In this document: positions 15,601 through 28,000 of the stretch, piece after piece
How the letters are laid out: each line of letters starts with the position of its first letter
Position numbering within the stretch: position 1 is the stretch's first letter
NCBI GenBank assembly: GCA_002633005.1
Contig: NMRA01000430.1
Span: 1 to 64,000 of the forward strand
DNA: 64,000 bases
From: Phoronis australis
Taxonomy: Eukaryota; Animalia; Phoronida
Direction: 5' to 3'
Position numbers and translations under genes: made by a program
Notes under the pieces: model-generated
Told to the model about the DNA's origin: nothing
Seen by the model: the letters and a program-made list of their open reading frames with translations, nothing else
The model's database searches: none

Positions 15601-18600
15601 GGAGACATACTGGCTGTGTGAAACCACAATACTGATACTGGCTATGTGAAATCATAATACTGATAGCTAGTGCAGTTCAATGTACAAACCATTACACTCA
15701 CAGTTTGTTGCGAGTCATTACGTGACACCCTGACACCAGTACCTTGCACTGCTTGGCCCTTTTCCTCGTCACTATTTACACCTGCACTACTCATCTCCCC
15801 ATCACTACTTAACGCTACATCCTGAAACACAAATGACAAAAATAGAGAAACAGCATTCCAATATCATCTGGGTTATGAGCAACTCAGTTTACAGAATATT
15901 ATGATTTCTAATGTGTAGAGTTTAAACTTTGGAGACCTAACCTTTCATGCATCATTCGATTAAACTGTTTTTATAACAACAAAACTTTAAATGTTTAAAT
16001 CTAGATCAAATGAAGTAAGACAAGTGTAACTTTTAATACTGATTATCAACTGTCTATTTGTAACAAAAATCAAGTTTTTGTTAAAGCTGGGGGAAAACTT
16101 CAACTCAACATCTCAGGAAATTAGTACTTTGAAATCTAAATAGAATTTTGAAATGAACCAAAACTGAAGAAAAGATTAACAATTTATTAGCAAGCTTATG
16201 ACACGCACCTGGTTTTTATAAAACAGTTCATGCAGAACCTGTTCATCATGCAGGGGATCTCCAAGGTCAGACAAGTCATCATCAGAAGGCAAACTGTGAC
16301 TAGAGTCATCACCATTCAAAGCCTGTAACATACAGCGAACATTAGTTGGTAAGAGGGAAGGCTGTGACTAGAGTAATCACCACTCAAAGCCTGCAACGTA
16401 CAGTGAACATCAGTTGGTCAGGAGGCAAACTGTGACTTTAAGTAATCACAACTCAAAGCCTGCAGCATACAGTGAACATTAGTTGGTCAGGAGGCAGACT
16501 GTGACTAAAGTCATCGCCACTCAAAGCCTGCAACATACAGTGAACATCAATTGGTCAGTGGACAGACTGTGACTAGTCATTGCCACTCAAAGCCTGCCAC
16601 ATACAGTGAACATCAATTGGCCAGGAGGCAGACTGTAACTAGAGTAATCACTACTCAAAGCCTGCAACATACAACGAACGTCAGTTGGGAGTTCATTAAC
16701 AACAGTTTTAAGTGTTGATATACGACTCTACAATTAACACACAATAGCTCATTACCAAAGAAGCATTAAATTATTCACCAAAAAATATTGTTTTTTCAGT
16801 GAAAAAATTGCCACATAAACAGAGGGTAGTGCTGTTCTTAAACTGAGTATGCCTATCTACTGGGATTGTATATGTGCTGAGAATGTGCATGTACTGAGTA
16901 TGTGAATGCACCGAGTAGGGACATGTACTAAGTAATGTACATGAACTGAGTGTGTATGAACTGAGTATGTGTATGTACTGAGTACGTGAATGCACCGAGT
17001 AGGGACATGTACTAAGTATGTACATGAACTGAGTGTGTATGAACTGAGTATGTGTATGTAGTGAGTATGTGCAAGTACTGAACAAGATATTCAAGTTCAA
17101 GTAAATCTGACTGTTTGCGGTATTTGTGGATTTATTGCCAATCGAATACCTGGCTGACTTTGAGGATCTTTCTTAAGCTAATTCCCATAAGTGGACAATT
17201 TTTGATGCCAAAATTTGCAAATTCAAGGTTGAACTTCTTGAGCCAGCAATAGTAATGTCAAGCCCACGCGTGCGCTATTGAAATATCAACAGAACAAACT
17301 TACATTCAATCCCAGCAGACAACTGTTTGCTTCAACAACCAAGTCTACAGCTGTGGTCTCCACATCAGAATATTCCAGACTGTCTTCTTGAGGTGAATGA
17401 TGCTCTGTATGGCTCCCACCGTTGGGCTCATTGCTACCAAACAAACACATTAGTTCAAATTAAAGCACCACCAACAAACGTACATTGATATAATTTCAAG
17501 TAAGCATCCGTCCACAAGAGACATTAAGCATGAGGCAGACAATTTTTGCAAGCAGATTTCCCAAAAAACTGTATCAGAGGATGAGAATAATATCTGATCT
17601 TCTGGAACTTTACCTGTTTTCTGTGAAGTACTCTCACTGAATGATAATGTTCCTTGTCTAATATAACAGGGACACATTTTGAAAGAGTTATAGTCACGTG
17701 CCCAATGAAATTTTACGCACCTAACTGGCACCTGACTTTCTTGATTTTGTAAGTGAGTAGTAGTAATGGCGTCACTCTCCACTGCGCCGACCATGGCTTG
17801 CTTAAGTCGAGTTCCTTTCTCCAATAAGGCACTCAATAGTGTTGAGCTGGGGCCGGCACCAACATACTTGTCTGTAACTTGGTTGTTGTTGGATGCGTTT
17901 ATATTGAGTGAAGAATGGTGAGGGTGTGTTTCACCTGTATTAGCTGATGACTGTGGGTCTCCACGGAGATTCTCATAAGAGTTAATGGGTGCAGTGTCAC
18001 TTGATGTAGATAAACCCATGCTGGACTGACCTCTATTGTTGGATCCAACAATCACATTGTTATATACCTGAAATGCACAAGCATCGATGAAGTCAAAAGA
18101 CTTTGTATGGTATAATAAACAAAGGAAATGATAAAAGTGTCAATTTAACAAAGGCAAATTCATTACAAGTAGACATACTTGCGTTGGTGCCAGTACAGAC
18201 TGCAGTCCCGTGTCAACCGAAGTGCGTACTGACACATCTCCATCTGGACCAGATTCATACAACACATCAGTGGTAGGATTGGAGCTTGAACTGTCACCAG
18301 AGTCTGCAAATAACAACACATTTGAGTAAACTGGCAAAACCTCACGCTCAAATGTCGTCAAAACAAGTCCTTTTAAGTCTCTAGAAATGGGTTTGCAGTA
18401 TTCGCTACAGTGAAGAATTGGTCCGAGAATGTTTATAGGATGGCGTATCATGGAATTAACAATGCTTCAAATGATCCAAGGTATACACTACTAATTGCCA
18501 CTTTTTAATCAGAAATCCGAGTCCATGTTTTTTGTTTCTTTTTGATTACCAATATGACATACCTAGAAGAGGCTGTAAAGATAGTGATATCATCAGTTCA

Positions 18601-21600
18601 GCAATCTTGACCTTTGACTTGCTTGATATCACAGGGTATGACCTTAAACCACAAGAATGAATCTTAAATCACACGTGCACCAAACAATTAAGGTACATCA
18701 CAATATTTAATTCTACAAAAAATCATTAACTATCCAATGATTGGTGAAAGAAGAAGCCCACTCGGCTCTAGCCTGTCATATTTGAACTCTACAGTAACAT
18801 GACTTTTAAACTGTATCTTCCTTTCTAAAACATCCCTACAGACCAGAATCAAACAATAGCATTTTGGCCTGACATGAAAAGGTGTATCAAGTATCACCTG
18901 CACTAGCCTGCAGAATATCAAATCAAAGACGGGAAATAATAAATTCAAGAAGTAGACATATTATGCTCAAAAGCAAGAGTTACTGTAATGAGCTATAGCA
19001 TCATATTCACCCTTTTATATGGCATGCTGGAGATAAACTGGTAATGTCCACTTCAGCACTCCCAACCATCTGATTGTCTCCCTCAACTTCAAAGATGAGG
19101 TCTTTCATATCACTGAGGTAGGCGCTCAACTGTTTGGGGCCAGACTTTACAGAGTATCTGGCTGTTGTCCTAATGGCAGACTGTTTCTTCTTGTGAATAT
19201 CTTTAGGTCTGCGGACATATGACTTTTTACAACAAACTCGTATAGGTAATACTTCAGTTTTTAATAGGAAATTCACTTACTGAATTCAGTAAATTTACTT
19301 TATTTTATCTGGAGAGCCTCTTCAATGCAAATTTTTGGAATACCAGGAGGCCAAAATCCGTTATACACCAGGGGATAAACAATGCTGAAAAAACTAAAAA
19401 TAAATAAATAAATAAGGTGATGTGTTGGATGTCTACATACCTTTCACAAATACTGCATCTGAACTCGACACACCTGACAAATAAATCTAAAAATTTGAAA
19501 AATGAGGTTGCAAAACTTGGAAAATACAACAACAAAAACTATCCTGTCCAAAGTAGCGCTCCAACAGTTACCTGAACACTGCGCCAGCTCCATCTTCACC
19601 CCACCACTTGACAGTCACATTCGTCACATCTGGGGGCTGGGGACATAGCCAGGCCACCTGGAGTACACTCAGCTGGAGCAAGCAGCGTGTCTGTCCACTG
19701 ACTTTGGGAGGAACGTCTGTGTGGACGGTCACCAGTCTTCGCGTGCCTGTGGTGGCAAAAAGATGTGAGAAACCACTTGTAGTCTATCTCAAATAATATG
19801 CTGGTATTTCCATTCAAGAAATTTTTAGCAAATTTTGAGGTTTATTGGAGCTGAACACGAAGTGGTTCCTAGCTGAATTTTGACGAGTCTTCATACAGCT
19901 TGCTGGATGGCTACCAGCCTTGGTGCAAAGCTGTGTACTAAATTTACAGCTTGCGCCGATGTGGGTAAAAACTAACCAAATAAAATACAACACAGAAGTA
20001 GTATCATTAGAAACTCCACTATTCCTAATCGAGTAAACTAAATTATTTACGGGTGCTGGAAAAATTGGCATTCTACCGCTATTCTGCAATTAAAATTGTG
20101 GTGCAATTTTTTGTGTCGGCTTTCAGCGCCATGAAATACTGCATCACCTATCGGCCAGTTTCTTTTTTACCCGATTCTTCAATAAACTGTACTTCTACTC
20201 CACGAGGTTGTGTACATGCTACAGCAAATCGGAACTGGTTTCATTCCATTACAAGATTTCAGTATTTTGGGAGACCCTCTCCAGGCAAAATTTGAAAATT
20301 AGATGTAATTGGGTGCAGTTTGCTCATCATAGACAACATAGACAAGACCTTAACCCGAGCATCATGTAGTGGAAGTATCTGGGTAAAGAACACTTCGCAA
20401 GACAATTTGGCAATGAACTGCCCAGCATTGTGTGATCTGTCGCACGTGAGTACAAAAACAGTGTTAAAATTGAGTTATCCACGAAGTGACAAACATAGAA
20501 CAAAAAATATTTGAACTTTGTAGACATAATAAACTAATTTGTGTAACGAAACTTCCCTTGATATCGTCTTGCTAAACATAAATCAGTGATAGTGGATTGA
20601 TGATGGCCGGCGTAGCAGATGATGTAATAATCCAGTCCATGCAGACGAATCTGAGACTGGTTAACATTCAATATCGTCATTTTGGCGCAGGGCTATGGTT
20701 GATTAAACAGTTGGATGTCACGCCCTGCAGTATAATTCACAATGCCTTTTGTAAACTCAGACACGATAAAATGAATGACACAGAAATCTTACTGTTTCTT
20801 ACTTCATTAGCGAGCCAAGGCGCTTTCCCATTTTAGAAAATTCATATCGAAGTCGTTGCCTGGTCCCCGGCTGTATTAAGTATATATGCATTGTCGGATA
20901 ACCAGGCAGAAACAAGGTACGAAAAGAGATTGGGATTGAATGCACAATTCAAGATCCCATTGTAAAATTATTATTTTTCGCTTTTGATCCACAAACAGCG
21001 AAAGGTGCTGTGTGACTTGTACTTATTCATTATTACTAGCGATCACTCACTTTTACTAGAAAGCGATCATTTTTACTAGCGATTCATTTTACTAGCTATC
21101 ATTTTTACTAGCAATCGTTTTTACTAGCGATTTTTGTGTGGCAGTGAAGTTTCCCCGTCACGATTAGGTGTGTGGCAGTCAATTTGAGTATGATTTACGA
21201 GTGGCGGGGCCAAAAAGGAGCGTGGCGGGCCACCCAGAAGTTTACACGCAGGGGAAACCTTGCAATTGGGCAATTGAAGACTATTTTAAATACAACAAAT
21301 TTGTTACGAACTGATTGCACAAAATACAAAAAAGTAATAAGCATTACAAAAAGAAGTAGGATTCACACGCAAACGCTGTGGACCATAAACAAGAAGGTCT
21401 CTTAGTATCGAATTATGAGCTAAATCGTGGTGGTGCAGTGGTAAAGCACGCGCGCTGTATCCGCCAGGTCGTGAGTTCGAGTCTGTGATAAATTCAGTTT
21501 GACACATTCTCCATGTTTATTTTTCTTTCTTCGCCTTTTTTCTTGGATAATTTTTAGAGGAAAAAACATAAAAATTTTCCTGGTGCTATGTGCATCTACA

Positions 21601-21843
21601 ATCGTGCTTTGCGCAATGTTTACAGACAAAATGTTGCCCCCCCCCTTGTGATATCCTACTGGTATTATATGTAGTGTATTGGGGACGATCAGAAGCTGAG
21701 GACGCCTGTGGACTGGACCAGCAAGCAGCAGACAGAGATACAGCCTACACTCAGAAGTCAACACTCCAACTTCAAACCCTTCAAAGAAAAAAAATTAAGG
21801 TGATACCTTTTGGCTTTTTAGGTCTCCTTGTTGACATCGTCAT
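612..21843 (-). CDS. C2CD3: C2 domain-containing protein 3 (centriole distal-end/ciliogenesis protein), spliced, 3' part beyond window start
   Basis: Phase-consistent GT-AG exons: 21807-21843 (MTMSTRRPKKPK), 19572-19746 (VPPKVSGQTRCLLQL..VKWWGEDG), 19011-19208 (RTTARYSVKSGPKQLSAYLSDM), 18563-18642, 18179-18303, 17721-18067, 17304-17433, 16209-16322 (DPLHDEQVLHELFY), 15690-15821, 15019-15217 (second copy 13215-13413), 10522-10699 (MNVERLTLLGRV), 9682-9797 (TYFIEYQFP), 9268-9386, 8721-8885, 8229-8328, 7804-7889, 6624-6681, 6071-6195, 4965-5153 (LLDRLKNNLMVIEVW), 4500-4604, 3940-4010, 3390-3577 (IWGEADFYVQYHFP), 3014-3142, 1860-1954 (RYYHPNIREQV), 1521-1652 (LPLAKLCAMVT), 1066-1212, 612-716. Motifs match vertebrate C2CD3 as I recall it. 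Confidence 0.93.
785..935. repeat. ~22-bp minisatellite
   Basis: (CAGTCACACTGTCATCAAGCCC)n, ~7 copies. Confidence 0.85.
2830..3040. repeat. ~45-bp tandem repeat containing a C2CD3 exon end and donor
   Basis: CTCACTCACCAGACAGTATCT.. repeated 5 times. Confidence 0.85.
5138..5400. repeat. ~88-bp tandem repeat containing a C2CD3 acceptor
   Basis: TGGCTCAGCATTACAGGAGATGTCTGGTAATGTAAAGTAGAACATGGCTCAACATTACA repeated ~3 times. Confidence 0.85.
6305..6623. repeat. ~38-bp minisatellite starting at a C2CD3 donor
   Basis: (CATACAGTGATACTGGTGAACAGAGTTCACAGTCAA)-like units. Confidence 0.85.
6907..7320 (+). mobile_element. Left part of an insertion present in only one of two duplicated copies (DNA-transposon-like end GGGCTGTTCC)
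   Basis: Copy A reads ..TACCTCTGA|GGGCTGTTCC.., while copy B (7322-7485) continues ..TACCTCTGA|TGGTG; truncated at n 7321. Confidence 0.5.
10794..13077. mobile_element. Non-autonomous Tc1/mariner-pogo-type DNA transposon (~2.3 kb)
   Basis: TIRs TACCGTAAACGTTtgGGTTAAtGCCC ... GGGCgTTAACCtgAACGTTTACGGTA; TA at both ends; subterminal GGGTGGGCGGTTAACC repeats; no transposase ORF. The right part recurs at 14169-14882 in the duplicate block. Confidence 0.8.
12335..15543. other. Tandem near-identical duplication (12335-13739 vs 14169-15543) across n 14168; probable uncollapsed haplotypes
   Basis: Copies differ only by SNPs and short indels; includes a 199-nt C2CD3 exon whose double inclusion would frameshift. 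Confidence 0.8.
13740..14167. mobile_element. Haplotype-specific insertion beginning CAAGAGCAACGCGGAGCGTTG (non-autonomous element)
   Basis: Sequence diverges from the sister copy right after ..CCTAAAAGTTTTA (sister continues TAAAAGCAAGG at 15545); shares the AAAATTGCCACTAG motif with 25590-25870 and 52240-52260. Confidence 0.45.
16285..16690. repeat. ~68-bp tandem repeat (6 copies) containing a C2CD3 acceptor and exon start
   Basis: ACTGTGACTAGAGTCATCACCACTCAAAGCCTGCAACATACAGTGAACATCAGTTGGTCAGGAGGCA units. Confidence 0.9.
16850..17080. repeat. ~16-bp degenerate minisatellite
   Basis: GTATGTACTGAGTATG-like units. Confidence 0.75.
21428..21484 (+). mobile_element. tRNA-derived SINE head
   Basis: A-box TGGTGCAGTGG and B-box GAGTTCGAGTC at tRNA-like spacing; no full cloverleaf. 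Confidence 0.5.
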
Positions 21844-22022
21844 TTGCGTTCGAATGCATCAAAATCGAAACTGGACGTACACGGAAAAATACAAACAGTG
21901 ATAAATTCTTGTTGACATTTCGAGATTTCGGTTCGCGGGTTATGTTTACATCTTGAACAAGTGCGCATGCGTGGTCTTGCTTCGGTAGATGTCCGGTAGA
22001 TGACGCTGTACTAAACAGATAA
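21844..22022. promoter_or_regulatory. Bidirectional promoter region between C2CD3 and PPME1
   Basis: Divergent ATGs 179 bp apart; locally CpG-containing; TGCGCATGCGT (NRF1/EWG-type palindrome) at 21962-21972. Confidence 0.75.
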
Positions 22023-25000
22023 ATGTCTGCTTCGCATTTACAGAGAAAGCTAAACATGAACAAACTCCCTCCAATGCCGCCTCCATCTATAAGGTAGGTA
22101 TGTGCTGTGAAATGAAATACATCTGCTAGTATCACCATGTGCTATCTTCAGGACATCTACGAATATCTGTTCCCCATCTAAACTGTACTAGTCAAATGGA
22201 ACCCACGGCCTCGGGTCTGCTGTCCACTCCAGCCCAGGCCAGTGCGACGTGACTCGAAACACAAAAGTAGTAGTAAACAACGTTTCAGTAAAGTCAGGCA
22301 CAGTTGTTTTGGCAACCAAACCTAGAGAGGAATTCCTTGTTTACTATTGCCATCTTGAAATACAACGCACTTAGTCATAGAATTTTCAAGTGAGCCATGT
22401 TCCTTTCTTGCAGTTGCAATCATTGACATGTCATTGTCACTGCCTTATGAAGTTACGAAATTTTTGATGCCATTTTATCCTTCATAATGAAAATAATGGT
22501 GTTTGTTTTCATGGAAGGTACCAGGCTACATCGTCATGCGATAACTCTCTGTTTACTTGCAGTGTCTCTGGTGAGAGGAAAAGATCTTTAAATATGATGA
22601 AGAAGCGAGACTATTCACCTGTGTCTTGGCACAACTACTTCACTAGCTCAGAAGATATTCAAGTCAGTCAAGGCAACGTATCCTTTTACCAACATTATCA
22701 CCACAGTTCAATGACTGTCAGTATTATATTGTGGATATTTAATTGTAAGCACAGATTTGACAAGAACACTTTGTCTATTGAACATAGCCATGAGAGCAAG
22801 ACTAGAGCTAGAGAGCTCTCCAGACCAAGAAACATGATTAGAGTAGAAAACCTGAAACAATTGGTAAATATGTAAATGAAATATTACGACAGGTACTGTC
22901 ATTCATTCAATGATTGTGGGGGAGATGTGTGTGTGGTTGCCATCTGCACCTACCAAAAAATAAGGTTGCCACCACCATCGCCAAAATAACAACATCAACA
23001 AACCACAACTATACTAGATCGTTTTACTCTCTTTGGCTTATAATGTTAATAACGAATATCAGATTTCTACCTTTAAGGCTTCAGACATCGATATACTGAC
23101 GTGTACACCTAAACTCAGTGATAAGTTGTGCGTGTGTTTCACTTAACTGTGACTAGACATTCCGTGTCTATAAAGTGGGATCATCAGGACCTGTCATCTG
23201 TCTGCTGCATGGAGGAGGATACTCAGCGCTCACTTGGGCTGTCATGAGTGTAAGTACTGGAACTTTTGCAGATGGTGTTTACAGCTTGGAAACTATAATT
23301 AACTACAAGGTAGGGCTTTGATACTCAGATTACTATAATGTTCGGCTGTCATACCCAGATTACTAGTGGTTGGACTGTCATAACAGATTACTGCAGGGTT
23401 GGGCTGTGATATACAGATTACTACAGGGTTAAGCTATGATATACAGATTACTGCAGGGTTGGGCTGTGATACACGGATTACTGCAGGGTTAGGCTATGAT
23501 ATACAGATTACTGCAGGGTTGGGCTGTGATATACAGATTACTACCGGGCAGGCCTTTATCCAGGATTTCGAAAACAGGGTGTCGAAAATGGGGTTCCCAA
23601 TATTCCAGGGCGTCCATGATTCCGGCGCGTAACCCCCCACCCCCAGCAATCCCCTCAAATATGCAGATTTTTTACAAAAAATGCATAGACCAAGGTTTTT
23701 ACATCTAAGTTTACAAAACAGCCTTCTGTAGTGAGCATTTTTATTAAAAAAACTGTGGAGTCCAAGACTTTTACAATGCTATCAACCAAGTGTGAGCATA
23801 GCAACATTGTATATACTTTGTATGTACCTTGTATATTTCTTCCTGCTTTGAAAAAAGAGCCACCACTGTGAGTCTTCATAGGCCTCCTAGTGATCATTAC
23901 AATGTGTGTATCCAAACTTGAAAGGTTCCTATTGATAGTTGGCGTCCAAATGATACATTGGGCGTCCTTTCTATGGCATCCACATTAGTGCTAGGGTGTC
24001 CCTTTGGACGCCCAGGACCTATGCTGCATAAAGGCCTGCTACAGGGTTGGGCTGTGATACACACTGGCAGATTACTACAAGGTTGAGCTTCGATACACAG
24101 TTTACTACAGGGTTGGGGTGTAATACATAGATTACTACAGGGCTAGGCAGTGGTACACATTACTCGTTTGACGTGCATGATATTGCACTGTGTTTCTGGT
24201 TTCAAATTCTACAAAACATTTTCAAAACTGACAATTAAAGCATTTTGCTCCTTGATGTGAGAAAAATTTTACCTTATAATTAGAAATAAGTGCTGCTTGA
24301 CTTATTTGTGTATGATATTCTTACTTATTGATGACAGAAATACATCACTGAAGAACTGGAGTGCCAATGTCTAGCACTAGATCTTCGTGGTCATGGCGAC
24401 ACAGTTACTGAGGATGAACAAGATTTGTCTGCTGAAACACAAGCTCGGTGAGTGCAGTGTCTGCAGCCACTTAGGCTGACTAAAAGTGCTCTGAACCATT
24501 TCATTTCAACTTTCTTCAAAGGATACAATGAACGTCACGACGTTCTTATCCTTTGTTTGAATTGAAATAGGTTACAGTAAACAAATCACAAGGTCACACT
24601 ACTTTGGGGATTTAAAGTAAACAGCCACAACAATGAAATGTCAGTTCTTCTTATGTAAAAATTATTATATTCTGAGAAAAGAACAAGATAAGACCGATTT
24701 TACAACAATGAGTTGCATAAGTCAAAACTTGATGGTTGAAAGACGATGTGGGTTATGAACTCTTTAATGGATTCAAATGATTGTCTAATTATGTAGTGTA
24801 ACATTTCACCAGGTTAGTATACAATATGGTGGATTAGTGATATTTCCTGAATACTTGTAATACTTGTATGGTAATAATGTTATATTCTGTATTCGTTGTC
24901 ATTCCAGCGATGTGGGAAACGTTATACAAGCATTGTATGGTAATGAACCCCCACCAGTCATATTAGTGGGTCATAGTATGGGCGGAGCTATCGCTGTTCA

Positions 25001-28000
25001 TGTGGGTGAGCAGAAACTGATCCCCTCATTGGTTGGTCTGGTTGTACTGGATGTTGTTGAAGGTATGAGAAATGGGCTTTAGGTGTTTACAGTGTTGTCA
25101 AAATATGTCATGAAGACATGAAGAAAGAATACAACAGTTTTAAATTGGCCATTACATTTTTATGTACCCACACATATATATGTATATACAGGGTGTCCCA
25201 AAAATGAAATTGTACAGACAATAACTGTGATATTTATTGCTTTACGAACAGGATTACTGGTTTGTATTCGTGAAGATGTGATTCAAAAGGAATGGTATTT
25301 AAATCAAAATAAATGCATTGTTTGTCAACTTGGGAAGAAAATTAATTGTCTTTAATGTACTTACTTGACAATTTTCAGTTTCTAGCAGTATTGTGCGATA
25401 AAATTTTTGTTCTCCAAAATTGAGTCATTTGTTTGCCATTCTCATGCGTACAGAGCATGCGACTGCTCACATGCCTACTTTCATGTAACCCTGTGGCCTG
25501 AGCGAATAATCTTATCCACGGCAAATGTGTTTGCGTTGAGCACAGCATGACTGGTGTCGATTTTTGGATGGATCTTACTAATGTGGAGTCCCCTAGTGGC
25601 AATTTTAGTTTTCTTTGCGTCTACTTCATTTACCAAATCCTTCATAAAATCTGGCAAATGTGACCATATCAAGGATTGAGTGGTACTGGTATGATTTTGG
25701 ACGGAACAGGTGAATGCTGACCCTTTGTGGCATCTGTCTCTTTATTTATAAAACTATGTGAAAGATAGTTATGACACTTTCTTGTTTATATTATGATGGG
25801 CCAGTACCTGTTAACGCTTGAACAACTCTGTGTTGTTCTGCGCCCCCCCCCCTCTAGTGGCAATTTTATTTTTCACTGTCCAGCCTTAATATTCATTACT
25901 TTTGTGGGAATGTTTAAAATTATAATGATCTGTGCTGTATGATGGGCTCATATTAACGCTTTGCATTGCTCTTATTTGTGTGTTCATGTTGCATTCATAC
26001 ATATTATGACTCAGACTTTGCTCAACAATTAAGTATCAGCTCATACAATGTTCTCCCAGCAAATTTCTGTTGAAAAGGTTTAAGCTTGCACTATTGTTTA
26101 TGTCTCCTGGCATAATGTTTGCATTAGAAAAAATGCAAGTTAGTCTAGAGTTCATGGGTCCAAATGTCCAGGTAACGCGCTTCATTGCTGTATAAAAAAT
26201 TAGACAAACTGTTTCCACAGATGCATTCTAATAGATAAGTGTGCAAGTTTGTATTCTCAAGACTCATCTATTTGTCTATGTTACTAGGCACAGCACTGGA
26301 GGCACTAAGTAGCATGCAAAATTTCTTACGAGGCCGACCTGCCAAGTTTACATCCATGGAACAAGCAATAGAATGGTGGTAAGACATGCAGGGGTCCCCC
26401 ATTAACCATATTGATTAACTTCATTGCACCATCTATATTTCTTAACTTCATTACTACATCCATATTTCATGAATGGTAGCAAGACGTGCAGAGGTACAAC
26501 CGTCTTGGTAGTAAGACGTGCAGGGGTACAACCTTTCTTGACAAACCGGGTTAATTTCCCCTTTGCATACATATTCTCGGACTCAATCTCCCTAAAAAGT
26601 TAAACAATCACAAAGTTCATAGGTGCTGAGGATCTTATCTCATGCAAAAACTAAGGTTATTTTGGCCAATAGCAGTAACTTAGTTGTCTTCTCTTTTGGG
26701 AATCTTTAAGTAGCTGATGAACTGAATGTCAGATGGTAGTCATGGTTGGCAAATGTTCACCTGAGGTTGCGTGTTCAGTGCAATCAACTGAAGATGCATA
26801 TTGATGTTAAATGTGCATTACCATTGACATAACTTTTGTAGGATATGAAGTGTGTGATAGAACTTTTAGTCTTGTTTCTTTCAAAAATTGTTATATGTTG
26901 TGATTTTCTAGTGTTTTCTATAGCTGATCATTTGTTTTAGTGGATAAATTGTGTTCTCCATCACTTATGTGTTTTGTTCTTTCTAAGGATGCCCTCCACT
27001 TCATATGATGAGTGTCAACTGCCTTCCCTTGTTTTCTGTTGATGGTTACCTTGAATTAGTGCAAGATTTTGATAACTTAATGAATTTTATAGTGTTAGAA
27101 GTGGCCAGGTCAGGAACTTGGAATCTGCAAAAGTATCTATGGTCGGGCAGATAAAAAGGTAATTTTTTCTTGTTAAGAGAAATTTCGTGACGTGACCGGC
27201 ATATTTAAAAAATTCCCGAGTTATAACAAGGCTGTTGCTAGTCACAGTTATTCAAGCCTGCTTTTCATGACAAATTTCTGTTAAGTCCATTATACCAAAT
27301 GCATGCCCATTGTGACTGCAGATCCGTGTACGTCTGTGTAAAGGCGTTACAAAACAATTTTGCGTGTCCACCCTTACTGACAATAGCTACAGGACAACAC
27401 AACTTAGTGTGTCCATCCTAACTGACCATTGCTACAAGATATGGGGACTCACAGAACTTACGACTTTTGTTTTCAGAGTTGATCCAGACAAACTGGTACT
27501 AGCTAGTGATGAGGTGGCCGCCATGTCGCATTCTAGTACAAGCGTTATTCAGGAAGAGGAAGAGGAGGAGTCAACAGAGGGCACTAGTGAAAAGGCATCT
27601 AGTGAAACTACTAACAAGAAGGTATCCAGCGAATCTACGGTAAGAGGCGACTGGCATGAGCGTGAATCTTTCTAGTTTTACAGCAACAGAACTGAAGCAC
27701 TTATCAGGGCAGTTTATGTCAATTTCGTACTCATGCAAAATTTTAAAATTAATTGTTAATTTTTTGAAACTATATGGTTTTGTAAAAACTATAGAACGCA
27801 GAATTTGTTTTTACGCATATCCATGTGAAATCAAAATTGGGATCTGAATAAAAACTAGCACAGGTTATGAGTTCATGGAAGCCAGATTTAAATGTCACGT
27901 GTCGCAGGCAACTAATTACACATAGATGCATTGCGTTATTCAACTGCTGGTTGTTTCAGTCCGTCAGTCAACCCTACACATGGAGGGTCAACCTTAGTGC

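Noticed and set aside
16285-16690. Regularly spaced repeats resembling a CRISPR array (also 45550-46015)
   Set aside because: Whole units are repeated with no unique spacers, there are no cas genes, and the context is a eukaryotic intron.
17450-18055. 201-aa ORF as a standalone gene
   Set aside because: It is C2CD3 exon 17721-18067 read through into the intron.
21428-21500. Possible tRNA genes (also 43445-43521)
   Set aside because: A/B boxes are present but there is no convincing acceptor/anticodon stem; treated as SINE heads.
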